Positions 44,201-54,589 of a DNA stretch of 64,000 nt are shown piece after piece (positions within the stretch are counted from its first letter, which is position 1; each line of letters starts with the position of its first letter). Position numbers and translations under genes: made by a program. The notes under the pieces were generated by a model. The model saw only the letters and a program-made list of their open reading frames with translations. It ran no database searches and was not told the DNA's origin. Origin of the DNA: Eukaryota sp. TZLM1-RC (taxonomy: Eukaryota; Protista; Metamonada: BaSk clade). The DNA is taken from assembly GCA_040285825.1 (NCBI GenBank), contig JAUPSS010000005.1:1426001-1490000 (forward strand), in the 5' to 3' direction.

Positions 44201-44876
44201 GGTTTACACAAATATTATTGATTTTTCAAAGCAGCAAATCTTAGTTGATATTGTCTTTGAAGGGCCAACTGGAACCTTTATTTTATTGGTTGATGCTGAT
44301 ATCTTTGCACAGGCGGGTATAGAATTTTCTATTGACAAACTTCCTGATAATAATGATACAAAGGTAATTGTTGATAATCAAGGTCAGGACAAAGCAAATT
44401 TTGGTTACAGAAGCTACATTTTGATTGGGGTTGTCGTTTTGTTACTTGTTTTAGTATTGTATTTCTTTGTTACCCGTAAGGCAAAGGATAGTGTCCAGAA
44501 TTTCAATAATGGTCAATCAAAATCACCATCAAATTTGAAACAGGGTGACACAATGTTGCCACTTTATTCTAAACCTTCGACCCAATTACCTAGTTTAGCA
44601 CGACACGATGAAGATGAAAATTCTCATTCATCAATCAGTGGAATTTCTTTGAAACCACTGAAATCTGCCGATAAGTCGAAATTAGATGATCAAAATACAA
44701 AGAGTTTGTCCAATAATTCTTCAATGAAGCAGCAATCCCCACTTTTACCAAAAAAACCAGTCACATTCGTACCACCTGTGGTACTTCCAGCTTTGAAAAA
44801 ACAGAAACAGAATTCAGTACAATCAAGGAGAGAACAAGTTTTTCCAAACTTGCCCAATTTCATTGGAGAAACATAG
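26228..44876 (+). CDS. Giant type-I membrane surface protein B, 6205 aa, join(26228..26279,26311..44876): signal peptide, beta-helix repeats, C-terminal pectin-lyase-like/Pmp-like beta-helix, single TM, tail
   Basis: ATG 26228 gives MKLFVTFFLLSVLTFAK (signal-peptide-like). Removing intron 26280-26310 joins it in frame to THYLDEQGCEWANDLCWSDGVPEHNDDVYL and the long ORF. The C-terminal part has FYLSPNGINDQCCG..YPCLS..IILKEGVY, FxxN...GG(C/S/A) repeats as in chlamydial Pmp/right-handed beta-helix proteins, and TM ILIGVVVLLLVLVLYFFV (~44418-44471). Confidence 0.9.
26280..26310 (+). other. 31-nt spliceosomal intron in gene B
   Basis: GTATGTCATCTTTAAGTATATCTTACCTTAG; its removal restores the frame between the signal peptide and the main ORF. 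Confidence 0.85.
40137..41852 (+). repeat. ~1.7-kb segment of gene B nearly identical to gene A 8998-10713
   Basis: GTAATGAAAGTTCTTTCTGGAGG at 9001 and 40140; GGTAATTTGACT at 10702 and 41841; constant offset 31139 with only scattered substitutions. Confidence 0.95.
42249..42966 (+). repeat. Internal ~185-bp duplication in gene B (42249-~42432 and 42780-~42966)
   Basis: ANDEPLIT.VKS...IVATDSTIDLETVLVRDS...LTNSNLKA occurs twice, starts 531 bp apart. Confidence 0.85.
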
Positions 44877-45399
44877 TATTTCGCATGAGTTTTGTGCGAT
44901 TCCGATCATTTTCTGTTGTTGATGCTTGTTTATAAGTTATGTTTTTGTGTCTTAGTTATGTTTTCACAACTTTTTTCTAAATAAATTTGTTTATAATTAG
45001 TTGGTTAATTAAATAAAACATAAGCCTAGTCTCGCGTATTTCGCTTCTTCTAGGAAACATTTGTCCAATTTTTTCTGAACTAAACATACACAGTCTTGGG
45101 ATTTCATCAATGGAAAACCAATTTCTGACAGAATGCTTTGGTAAAGAGTGGGCTCAAAACTCCAGGATAAAATAACTAAAAATAAAATTTAAAACAAGAC
45201 TGGAAATGCAATATGATTTATTTGATGCTCTCTAGTTGGTACCTGAAAACATCAATTGTGATATCAAAAATTCTGCACAGTTAGTACCGAACTATTCTGG
45301 TCAAATTGTGCACTGTAAGGAAAATTCTGCAAACGCATGATTGATGAATCGTGAATATTCTACATCCCTTTATTTTCTGCTAATTTCTTTTATATTGAT

Positions 45400-46852
45400 G
45401 TATCAAAATTGTAAAGAGAAGGGAATCTATGCAAAGATCCTCAAAACTAATTTTAGCGTGATGTTTTGCGTGTGCAGCTTTTTGTCAACCGTGTACATTT
45501 CCGTTTCCTGTGTTCACACATCATTTCATCAATCATTTCCTACTGGTGAGATCATCAACTTCTACAACGGGTTCACCTTCTCAAGACGGCTCATTCGAAA
45601 TCTTTTGTGATCTTTTTTTTAGCAATTCAATAATGTGCCAAAGAACAGTGTTTTGATGTTGATAAATCAGGAGAAAGGAAAAAATAGGATCATCGTCATG
45701 TCGTATGTTTCTGCCCTGGATCTTACAAACCATTGTCCGACGGTTCTCATCAATGAACTTGCACCAACACCAAGATTTATCACAAAAACAATGAAAAGAA
45801 AAACAATGGTCAAAGTCAATGATTTATAGATTTTGAAAAATCTTAAGAAAATTCTGAACTTCAATTGGTAGTCTATATCGATGAAATTCCCTGAATTGGT
45901 CCAAAAAGTGCAATTCAAAGAATAACTAATGAAGCAGCTACATTATACCAATTCATGCGTTTTGAATTGAATGTGCAAAAATGTTGCTGTATTTCATGAT
46001 ATTATGTGAAATTAATAATCAATTCTCTGGAAGTACCATCAATTGATTATACCTCAACTAGTTTCTTCTTTCTTGATTGTTGCCTAGGTTCTGCTGAAAA
46101 GACGCGTGATATTCTCAATAACTATTTGGATTCATTTTAGAAAAAGATTGAAGTCACTAAGACCGTGAAATGGAGGAGCATCTTGAATTTTTTTTTGAAA
46201 ATATACTATTCTGGAAAATAACCCCATTTACTTCCGTCGTTTATTCATCATTAACCTACAAATTTTTGTAGACAATTGTACAAAATACGTACAGATTTGC
46301 GTCAGTTGATCTAAAGATTCTGATCTTCATCATGGCGGTGTTGGTTTCAATACATCAAAATATTTGCCCAAAGCTGCATTTACAACAACAAATTTACTAT
46401 TTATTCACTGCAATAAATTTTGTAGCCCAAACAAATCTATAAAAATAGCTCTATGATTTATTTGACGGACGATCTGCTCAATAATGCATGAAAACTGTTA
46501 TTGTTGTCGGAATGAGCATCCCTTTTCAACTAATCGCCAACGAGTTAGACAGTGGAAGAATAGAGAATGTTTCTTTTGTATTGATGAAGTCAAATTATGT
46601 TGATACATGTTCCCTACTTTATACCCTTGCAACAAAATGCAACAACCGTTTACATTATTTTTCCCAGTGGTCCATCTAAATAAACAAATAGTACCTTAAG
46701 AACACAATTTTATGAAAATACGGTGCAAAATGTGGTTTAGAACATTTTATGTAATCAATTTGATTTCAAGATTTTGTAGAGGAAATCTTGTTTCAATGAT
46801 ATTCGTCCCATTAGTTATGAATTGATTGAATTAGGTATGCATGTTCAATAAA
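45400..46852 (+). mobile_element. Highly decayed copy of the RLE non-LTR retrotransposon family
   Basis: 46766-46852 closely matches the 3' end of the element at 51058-51144 (TCAAGATTTTGTAGAGGAAATCTTG...CGTCCCAT.AGTTATGA...TTCAATAAA). Weaker remnants upstream: CKEKGIYAK (knuckle-like, ~45410), KFPELV (~45883), HGGVGF (~46330). The 5' limit is uncertain. Confidence 0.55.
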
Positions 46853-46974
46853 TGTCAAACAATTTGATTTGAAACCACTATTCGTAACCTTTGATCATGA
46901 ACTACAGAAATTTTATACAAAAAAGTGGTAAAATTTCATCACTAAACAGTATCAAAACCAAACATATTTGAGAA

Positions 46975-47525
46975 TAGAGTTTGGCAAAACGTGACTCGAA
47001 AATTCAAGTTGCTACACGACTCTATCTTCACTCCAACTCGAATCGGACTCGAGTCGAGTTAGAGTCGAGTTCGAATTTAATCTGCAAAAAATTTCGAAAT
47101 TGAGTAGTTGTAAATTTGAGTTGAAAAAGGTTGTATTAACCTTGAACATAATCTACTTTCATTGATTCTTGTTCCGTGGAATAAAAGAGGCTTTCTTCAA
47201 CACCAACTAGACTCCCTACCTGACGGATTTTCCAACACCCCCTATCCTCCTAGTAATAAGAAAGGGCATGAAATTCTCAATTATTTTAGTGTTTATCAGT
47301 TTTATCAGTTTTTAAAAAAACAAATTGATTTAACAATTTTAAAATGAAGATTAGGTTAGATTTAGAACTATGGGATGTGTTTTCTTGTTTTGAAATGAAG
47401 CATGTATTCTTGATTCTATGGTTTTTCTACAGCAATTGTTAAGTTCAAATTCTAGTCGAGTTGAAAATGAGTTTTAGATAATTTTAAATTAGAATGACGT
47501 TCGAATCAAGCTTTGCCCAACTGCA
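46975..47525. mobile_element. Non-autonomous hAT-like TIR element (MITE), ~551 bp
   Basis: Left end TAGAGTTTGGCAAAACGTGACTCGAA vs reverse complement of right end TGCAGTTGGGCAAAGCTTGATTCGAA (20/26 match). Flanks TTTGAGAA (46967-74) and TTTGGCAA (47526-33) form a degenerate 8-bp TSD. Clustered subterminal CTCGA/TCGAG motifs. Confidence 0.65.
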
Positions 47526-47683
47526 TTTGGCAATGTGTAATATTTGGTCCTGACAATGGCAACCTTCCATTTAAGGACAAAGGTCACTGCGATTTTGAAT
47601 TGGATAAGTTTCCGAACTTAATTGCTTTGTTTTGTTTAATGGATATTCAAATTCCCATTTCCAAAGGAGTTATCAAAAATCAG

Positions 47684-48000
47684 CACATTGAGCTTAGATA
47701 GTTTTGTTATGGAAAAATCCAAAAATGCTACAGATTCACTGTAGTAAAAAGCTATATAACTTAAGACAAACAGATGGGTTTCCATCATATTAAACATTAC
47801 AATTTTTTTCTGAACCTCCTCTACAAACAATCCGTCTAACTTGAATTCCTACAGAGCCGTTTCTCCTCTTTTCTACTGATGCCTGAATTTGTTTCTGATT
47901 CCAATAGAGTCAAAAGAATGAATGATCGAACACAAGTTGCTGATGATGTCCTTTCCACTTCTCCATCCTACCCTCTTCCCTCCTCAATTTTTAATAACAA
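47684..48000 (-). pseudogene. Decayed Fanzor 3' remnant plus conserved 3' noncoding element
   Basis: 47710-47770 matches 63237-63295, which lies directly after the stop of a recognisable Fanzor C-terminus. A GVGWR-like remnant near 47960-47975 is similar to RGVRWR in the 63.5-kb copy. Confidence 0.5.
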
Positions 48001-48046
48001 TTCTTAAGCTTATCAAGAAATTTGTGAAAATCAAGATTGTTCAAGG

Positions 48047-51000
48047 ATGAAGAAACGCTCTCGCAAATGTTCCAACTGCCGCAAAAAGGGACATAATGCC
48101 CGAACATGTTCCAATGTGGACAAAAATGTCGTTCCAAATTCTGGAAAAAAATGCAAAAGAAAATTTACCAAAAGAACAGAATCTGAAGAAAAGTCAATCA
48201 ATGATCTGCCACAAGTTGTTGCAAAACCAGTAAACAATCGTTTCAAGCACATATTTTGCAGCAATTGTGGTGTTTCTTTCAGAAAAGATACAAAAGGCAC
48301 AACTGCGGATAGATGCTTGAAATGCAGAATAGTCGACAATTACCACCCTCCGATAAATATACCTTTAGAAATACATCCGTCGAAAGGCTATGAATTTGTC
48401 TTCGTTTTAAAAAGATTTTTGGATCAATTATGTAGGGAAAAGTACGCAATCAATATTCTCTGGGAATTTTTTGGTTCTTTTTGTGCTCCTTAAATTTCGT
48501 TAGAAATTTTGTATTTAACTAAAAATACGCCAGGAAAAGTGTCATCTGCGAAATTGAGCAAAATTTTTGAAGATAAATGCTTTGATAACAAGTGGTCTAT
48601 TGCTTTGTCTACTTTAAATCCAGCAATCAAATCTCCCAATAAGAAACAAACTGTAGGCAAGTTCCAAAATTATTATGGAAATTATTGGGAAAGTCACCCA
48701 TTGATAACATCAGCAGTATTTTCAGTAATCAAAAAGCGACCACGCAAAAAGTCTGTAGGTCTTTCTGCTCGTTCGATTGATCATATAAAAGCTGCAGTGA
48801 TTTCTTCAGAAAATTGTCTAATTTTATCAACAAATATTTTAAATAACCAGAAATATCCTGAAGAATTAAGTTGTTCACGTTTGACTGCACTTGTAAAGAA
48901 CTCAAAGATGGACGTTCGTCCAATTGCAGTCTCTGAAAGTTTACACAATATTTTTTTGCTTGCTGCTAAAATGGATTCAATGAAAAAGCATAAAAAATTT
49001 ATTGCCCTATCAATATAGAATCAATAACACTGATGGAGTTGCTTTAGCAGTGTTTGCTACAGATGTTCAATTTCATCAATGAACCCATTGTTTGTATGTC
49101 GTTGCATTTTAGCAATGCATTCAATTCAATCAGTCGTTGCAGTATTCATGGTGCTTTGTTACAATAATTGCCAGAATTAATACCTTATCTTCAAACAACT
49201 GATTATACAAATTCTGATTTGCGTTTTGGTGATTCTATTTTGAAATCATCAAGTGGTGTTAAGCAATGACATCCCTTAGGACCTCTTTGTTTTGTTTGGC
49301 CATTCACTATATTACAAATTCAAGAGATGTTTCCTTCGCTGAAAATGATTACATATATGGATGGTGTTGTACTTATTGGTGATTTAAAGATTGTGAAAAA
49401 AGCAACTGTATGTTTTAAAGAATTATTTAACAAAATTGGCCTTCGACTTAACTTACGAATTCTCTAGTTTCAACAATAGTTGATGGTATTGAAATTCAAG
49501 CCGAATTATATTCAATTGATGCTATTCGTCATTTGGGTTCTTTTTTAGGAAATAATGATGAAATTACCAAAGAATTATTGGAAAAGTTGGATTAAATTTC
49601 CGAAAAAATTGACCAAATGATGAAATTGGATATACAGAAACATATCAAATTTACCATTATAAGACTATGTTTTAGTTCCAACTTTAATCATATATTTCGA
49701 TCTACAAATCCTCTTGTCACTGGGTCTTTGGCCCAGAAGTTTAATGAATTTCGTGCAAAAGTCTTTTCACAATTACTTTTTTTAGACCAACTATTACTGG
49801 AATGTAAAATCTTCCAAAAAAAATTGATCATGCTTATTTTAGTCCACATTATGGCGGTTTAGATTACAAAGGCTTCTATTCTTACCTCATGTACTTTTAT
49901 CGGTGAATGCAGACAATATTTGAGTTTTCTGAAAGACTTGCTGATTGAGAAGATTTATTAATGACAACAAAAATTTCTACTATTTTTGCATTCAATGAAA
50001 TTTCAAAAATTGATGTAGAAAAATGGAGTCGATGCTTCCCCCAATGACTCATAAGCAATATTAATGAAAAGAATTTTTTGAATTTAAAATACACTCTTCG
50101 AACATAACAGAAACGATTGACTGGAATGTATGAAAATGATCTTTATAATAATTTATGCAGCTCGGCTGTTTTAAATCAAGATCTTGACTCATTGTTATTG
50201 GAAAAGGTGTTTGTGAAAACCAGTCATCAGATTCCTCACTGTTTGTGACCATTGTCCCATGAAGATTTGAACTGTGTGCTAATAAGGAAGCGTTTGTAAC
50301 AAAAATGAGATCATATTTGAATATTCCCCTTAATCAATGATTATTAAAACAAATGTATTTGTTCGAATTCATTGCAGCTCACTATGCGACATGTTCTCAA
50401 TTGTTCGAAATTGATAATTTTTCATTCTTCATTACATTATGCTGTTGAAGACACTGTTTTTGTTATGGCACAAACTGCAAGAATATCGTGTATCAAAGAG
50501 CCTCTGCTGAAAGAAACACTGTCATTGAATCATTTTGGTTCTGATGACAGAGATGATGTATACTGTGATTGGATTGAGAACTCTGAAGCTGTTGTTGACT
50601 TTGTCTTCTGTAATGTTGCAAATGACACTTTGGTTCAAAATAGAAAACTTAATCCTGTAAAAGCTCTTGAATTTAAAGCTAAAGAAGAACAGAGAAAATA
50701 TGACAAAGATATCGAAGAGGTTAATTGTTGGGGTCGCTAGCATTATAATCCTTGTATAAACGGGAACTTAGAAACAGGATGTTTATCACAAGGTGGGTGA
50801 ATAAAAGCAAAGAGAAAATTACAACATAATGCTGATAGAAATACACAGCTAGTTTTTATTACTTTCGCATTTTCGATAAACGGAAGACTATCAGTAGAAG
50901 CAGGAACTTTTTTGAATAATTTCCAAAAAATGGTTCAAGAAAAAACAATGAAAAGATTTGATATCTTATGGCGCTCTCGAATTCAATTTTCCATAATTAA

Positions 51001-51144
51001 TAGATTGCTTCGATTTTTCAATCGAATTAGAGAAGCTTTAGCTAGACAGCAATCAGATCAAGATTTTGTAGAGGAAATCTTGGTTCAATGATAGTCGTCC
51101 CATCAGTTATGAGTGTATTGTGTTCAGTGTGCAAGTTCAATAAA
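48047..51144 (+). mobile_element. Decayed non-LTR retrotransposon with RT and C-terminal restriction-like endonuclease (CRE/SLACS/R2-like), near full length
   Basis: N-terminal zinc knuckle CSNCRKKGHNARTC. RT motifs SRLTALVK...VRPIAVSE (~48874-48935), FSNAFNSISR (49108-49137), SSSGVKQ*HPLGP (49246-49284), YMDG for Y(L/M)DD (49354-65), HLGSFLG, GGL. C-terminal C-C-H-C (CICSNS...HVLNC) and RLE-like DDR.DV..D...VVDF...K.KE..RKY. Ends at TTCAATAAA. Many stops and frameshifts. Confidence 0.85.
50726..50826 (+). mobile_element. 101-bp solo LTR-like insertion nested in the retrotransposon
   Basis: Termini TGTTG...CAACA, 4-bp TSD TAAT (50722-25 and 50827-30), internal TATAAA (50755-60) and AATAAA (~50800). 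The sister element copy at ~53915-53930 lacks it. Confidence 0.8.
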
Positions 51145-51516
51145 TTAATTTTAAAGAAGCACGAATTCTCTCTAGCCTTCTAAAATGAGGTTCGCCTAAA
51201 CCTCAGCAGTCAAAAGCCCATTAATTTATCAGCAGCAATTTCTGCTTTTTGCTTGCTGACTGGTCATTTTCTGAGAACAAGTCTGAAGTCAGCAGCCAGA
51301 ATTGATAACAACGATATAATACGATGTGTGTCCCACAATTGTCAGATTGCTTAAACTGACCGTTGTACATGGAGAGGTACACAAGCTGGTTCAACTCATG
51401 TTTAATCTGTTGTTTTGTTTGCCATTACTGTTGTATGCTCTCAAGGAACCCTTTCAATAACAATTCAGAAAACAGAGTTTATAAATATGAACAAAAGCTG
51501 ATTAAACCAGACCCTT

Positions 51517-51952
51517 TCAGTCACTACCAATGCTAGAAAGCCCACGGTGTAGTTCAGATAACATACCGTTAGCCATTTCCAGAGGTTCAGAAAGGTCAGT
51601 GTCAGCTACACTAAGAGATTCCGCGAGATCCACAATGACAACCTCAACACGGGAATCATCTAGAGCACGAACAACAGCGTTGCATGGTAACATGACCTGA
51701 GGTAATTGACGCAACAAGGGAACATACACCAATGCGAGGATCTTTGCTGATTAAAGCTGCAGCAATTTTGGCCTGGCAGAAACCGATAATGTGGTATCCA
51801 GCAATTTCTTGACCAAGTTTAGCTTTGACTTTGGCAGACACAGGGATGTTGGAAACAATAGAAAAGTTGTGCTCCTCAATTTTCTTAGTCACATAAGGAA
51901 CAGCTGAAACAAAGTCTTGTTCAATGATAATGGGTGGAAAGTGATACACCAT
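51517..51952 (-). CDS. DUF302-family protein, 134 aa, join complement(51728..51952,51517..51696)
   Basis: Two overlapping ORF-track frames join through a 31-nt intron (51697-51727) to give ...KAKLGQEIAGYHIIGFCQAKIAAALISKDPRIG|VMLPCNAVV..., matching the DUF302 pattern (K.KLG...Y.ILG.C.P..A..AL..D..IG..LPC...V). Confidence 0.8.
51697..51727 (-). other. 31-nt spliceosomal intron in the DUF302 gene
   Basis: GTATGTTCCCTTGTTGCGTCAATTACCTCAG on the minus strand; phase 0; restores the IG.MLPC motif. Confidence 0.85.
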
Positions 51953-52092
51953 TTGAAGTAGTGGTTGCCAAAAAAGTGCGCTTTTCCCCAATCAAATTCG
52001 TCAGCTTTCAACATGATTTTTGACCTACGGACTTTTCTTAAATTGCTGGCTTCGAACTTTTGTTTTTGCCGGCACTACCACGTCCTTTGTCC

Positions 52093-52284
52093 ATGTTACT
52101 GAATCCCACCAATAAGCGTCGCACTTCTTGTTCTAATCCCACCAAACGTGCCCGTGTTGATTTCATACCTTTGAAGCGATCTAAGCCTCAAGTAGTATAT
52201 GACTTTGTAAATAGTTTCCCACGGTGGGTATGTCAAAGGCTGTCTCCTTCGTTGTAGTGTGTGATTGAACTGTGCTGTATTTAA
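52093..52284 (+). CDS. Possible small basic protein (53 aa) with a 30-nt intron 52228-52257
   Basis: ATG 52093; GTATGT...TTGTAG of the same size class as the other introns; spliced product ends ...FPRWCVIELCCI* with AATAAA overlapping the stop. No recognisable family. Confidence 0.3.
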
Positions 52285-52640
52285 TAAATCTGACCAACTT
52301 ACCCTTTTTCAACTGTATCATGTTGATTATCAGCAGTTCAACATCAAATTCACTCAATACTCAATTTGCGATGTTCTTGTTCTACAGTCAGAATACCCGA
52401 TTCAACTGATGTTGTTGTCAGTGTGTTTAACACTGAAGTTAAATGAGATGAAATTGGTTCAATACTTGCTTCTATTGCTGATTATCGATTTTTGACTGTG
52501 GTTTATGTGAATTTAATGTTTCTTCATCAATTCATCCTTATTTCTGCTCAGCCTTCATCGGCAAGAAGTGTCAATTATTTTGCAAGACTTCACAGAATAA
52601 ATATTTATTCATTTTATCAGTCACAAAAACTATACAAGCA

Positions 52641-53159
52641 TTACAAGTTCTTAAGCAAAGTTTGACACTCATTAACAAACCTTAATCTATACTGTTTTTG
52701 GCTTTCAAAATCCATTAAACGATTGAGCAGTTCATAGGAAATCAAAGATAAAGCAATCATTAAAGTCTTGACACTAAGACAACCTCTTGTATAGGGATTA
52801 CCTGATATTTTTAATAAACTAGCAGCGAGTTTGGAACAATACAGTAACCTACTTGGTCCTAATGAATGAGCCATCCCTAGACCAATCAACACTGATAGTC
52901 CTCGTCCTATTGGAAGGTTACTGAGAAGACTGGTAAGATCAAAGGGATTAAAGGCTACAGGTTTCGCATCAGCGACAAGCTGTTCAAGTTTCTCCTTGCG
53001 TTCTTCTCCCTCAAGTGCAAGAGCTTCAGTCTTTTTAACCTCAAGTTCAATTTTGAGAGGTAGAACAGGCGAGGAAAGAATCTTGCGTAATGAAACTACA
53101 ATAGAAGTGAGACTAATCAAGATGATGCTACCAAAGATGACATCCTGTGGTATGTTCAT
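52641..53159 (-). CDS. Hypothetical membrane protein (~172 aa)
   Basis: Starts MNIPQDVIFGSIILISLTSIVVSL (hydrophobic). The longer ORF-track N-terminus is the antisense strand of a retrotransposon copy. Confidence 0.55.
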   Translation of the reverse strand: MNIPQDVIFGSIILISLTSIVVSLRKILSSPVLPLKIELEVKKTEALALEGEERKEKLEQLVADAKPVAFNPFDLTSLLSNLPIGRGLSVLIGLGMAHSLGPSRLLYCSKLAASLLKISGNPYTRGCLSVKTLMIALSLISYELLNRLMDFESQKQYRLRFVNECQTLLKNL

Positions 53160-53179
53160 TGATAAGTTTAAATTAAATG

Positions 53180-54290
53180 AAGAAATTTCAAAAAATTTCA
53201 AAAATGGATGTAGAAAAATGGAGTCGATGTTTTCCCCAATCATTCGATGGTAATATTTCAGAAAAGAAATATTTAAATTTGGAATACATTCTTCGAACAT
53301 TACAGAAACGTTTGACTGGAGTGTATGAAAATGATCTTTATAATAATACATGCAGCTCGGCTGTTTTAAATCAAGATCTTCACTCATTGTTATTGCAAAA
53401 GGGTGTTTGTGAAAACAAGTCATCAGATTCTTCAATTTTTGTAACCATTGTACCACGAAGATTTGGACTGTGTGCTAAAAATGAAGCATTTGTAACAAAA
53501 TTGAGATTATATATGAATATTTCCATTAATCAATAACTATTAAAAGAAAACAATGTATTTGTTCGAATTCACCTTTACTCACTTTGCATCATGCTTTGAA
53601 TTGTTCTAAATTGATAATTTATTGTTTTCATTACATGATGCTGTTAGAGACACTGTTTTCAATATGGCTCGAACTGCAAGAATATCGTGTATCAAAGAGC
53701 CTCTGCTGAAGGAAACACTGTCATTGCAAAATTTTGGTTCTGATGATAGAGGTGATATATCCTGTGATTGGACTGATAATTCTGAAGCTATTGTTGATTT
53801 TGTCTCATGTAATGTTGCAAATGATATTTTGGTTCAAAGGAAGAAAATTAATCCTGTAAAAGCTCTTGAATTTAAAGCAAAAGAATAACATAGAAAATAT
53901 GACAAAGACATTGAAGAGGCTTATGCTGATAGACATAGACTACTTGTAAGTGCTCTTGATTTTAAGGCCAGAAAAGACATAGCAAATATCACAAAGGTTT
54001 CACAGAAGCTAATGCTGATAGAAATTGACCAATTGTTTTGATTGTTTTCGCATTTTCGATAAACGGAGGACTATCAGTAGAAACAGCAACCTTTTTGAAT
54101 GATTTACAAACAATGGTTCAAGAAAAAACAATGAAAAGATTTGAGATTTATTTATGGCGCTCTCGAATTTAATTTGCCATAATTATTAATTAATAGATTG
54201 CCTCGGTTTTTCAATCGAATTAGAGAAGCTTTAGCTAGACATCAAGTAGATCAGGATTTTGCAGAGAAAATCTTGGTTCAATCAATTTCG
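53180..54290 (+). mobile_element. 5'-truncated copy of the RLE non-LTR retrotransposon (C-terminal CCHC/RLE region)
   Basis: Collinear, high similarity with ~49995-51090 (e.g. GATGTAGAAAAATGGAGTCGATG, AAGAATATCGTGTATCAAAGAGCCTCTGCTGAA, AATCTTGGTTCAAT). Confidence 0.9.
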
Positions 54291-54564
54291 TTTAGATGAT
54301 GTCAAACTAGTCCCATGCCATGGACTGCTACACTGTCAAAACAGTGAATGTGGCGTCTATTGGGATAGGGATGTGACCAGTGCTATAAACAAGGGCAGGA
54401 TTAGGTACTCTCATATTCATGATAATTGTAGACCAAAGGTACTGCAACGACCAGTGAAAGAATGTTTAGAAGACTTATCAGCCTGGATTGAAGCATTTTT
54501 TGAGTTGCCAAACAAAAATCCAACAGCACATTCAATCAACATTGTATCAAGTTCTACTATTTGA
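54291..54564 (+). pseudogene. Fanzor (TnpB-like) C-terminal fragment
   Basis: PCHGLLHCQNSECGVYWDRDVTSAINKGRI...RPKVLQR matches the Fanzor/TnpB zinc-finger half and RuvC-III motif (HGLLRC...C...WNRDxNAAxNI...RPxxLxR). Confidence 0.8.
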
Positions 54565-54589
54565 CATTCTTGTGCTACCAGCCGATGTC

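Noticed and set aside
51186-51205. Perfect 7-bp hairpin TGAGGTT-CGCCTA-AACCTCA as an RNA gene or terminator
   Set aside because: Isolated stem with no second copy, no tRNA/snRNA features and no context support.
53160-53456. N-terminal 99 aa of the 271-aa ORF 52641..53456
   Set aside because: It is the antisense strand of the retrotransposon copy (the same peptide appears at 50061..50252) and starts at a non-ATG codon.
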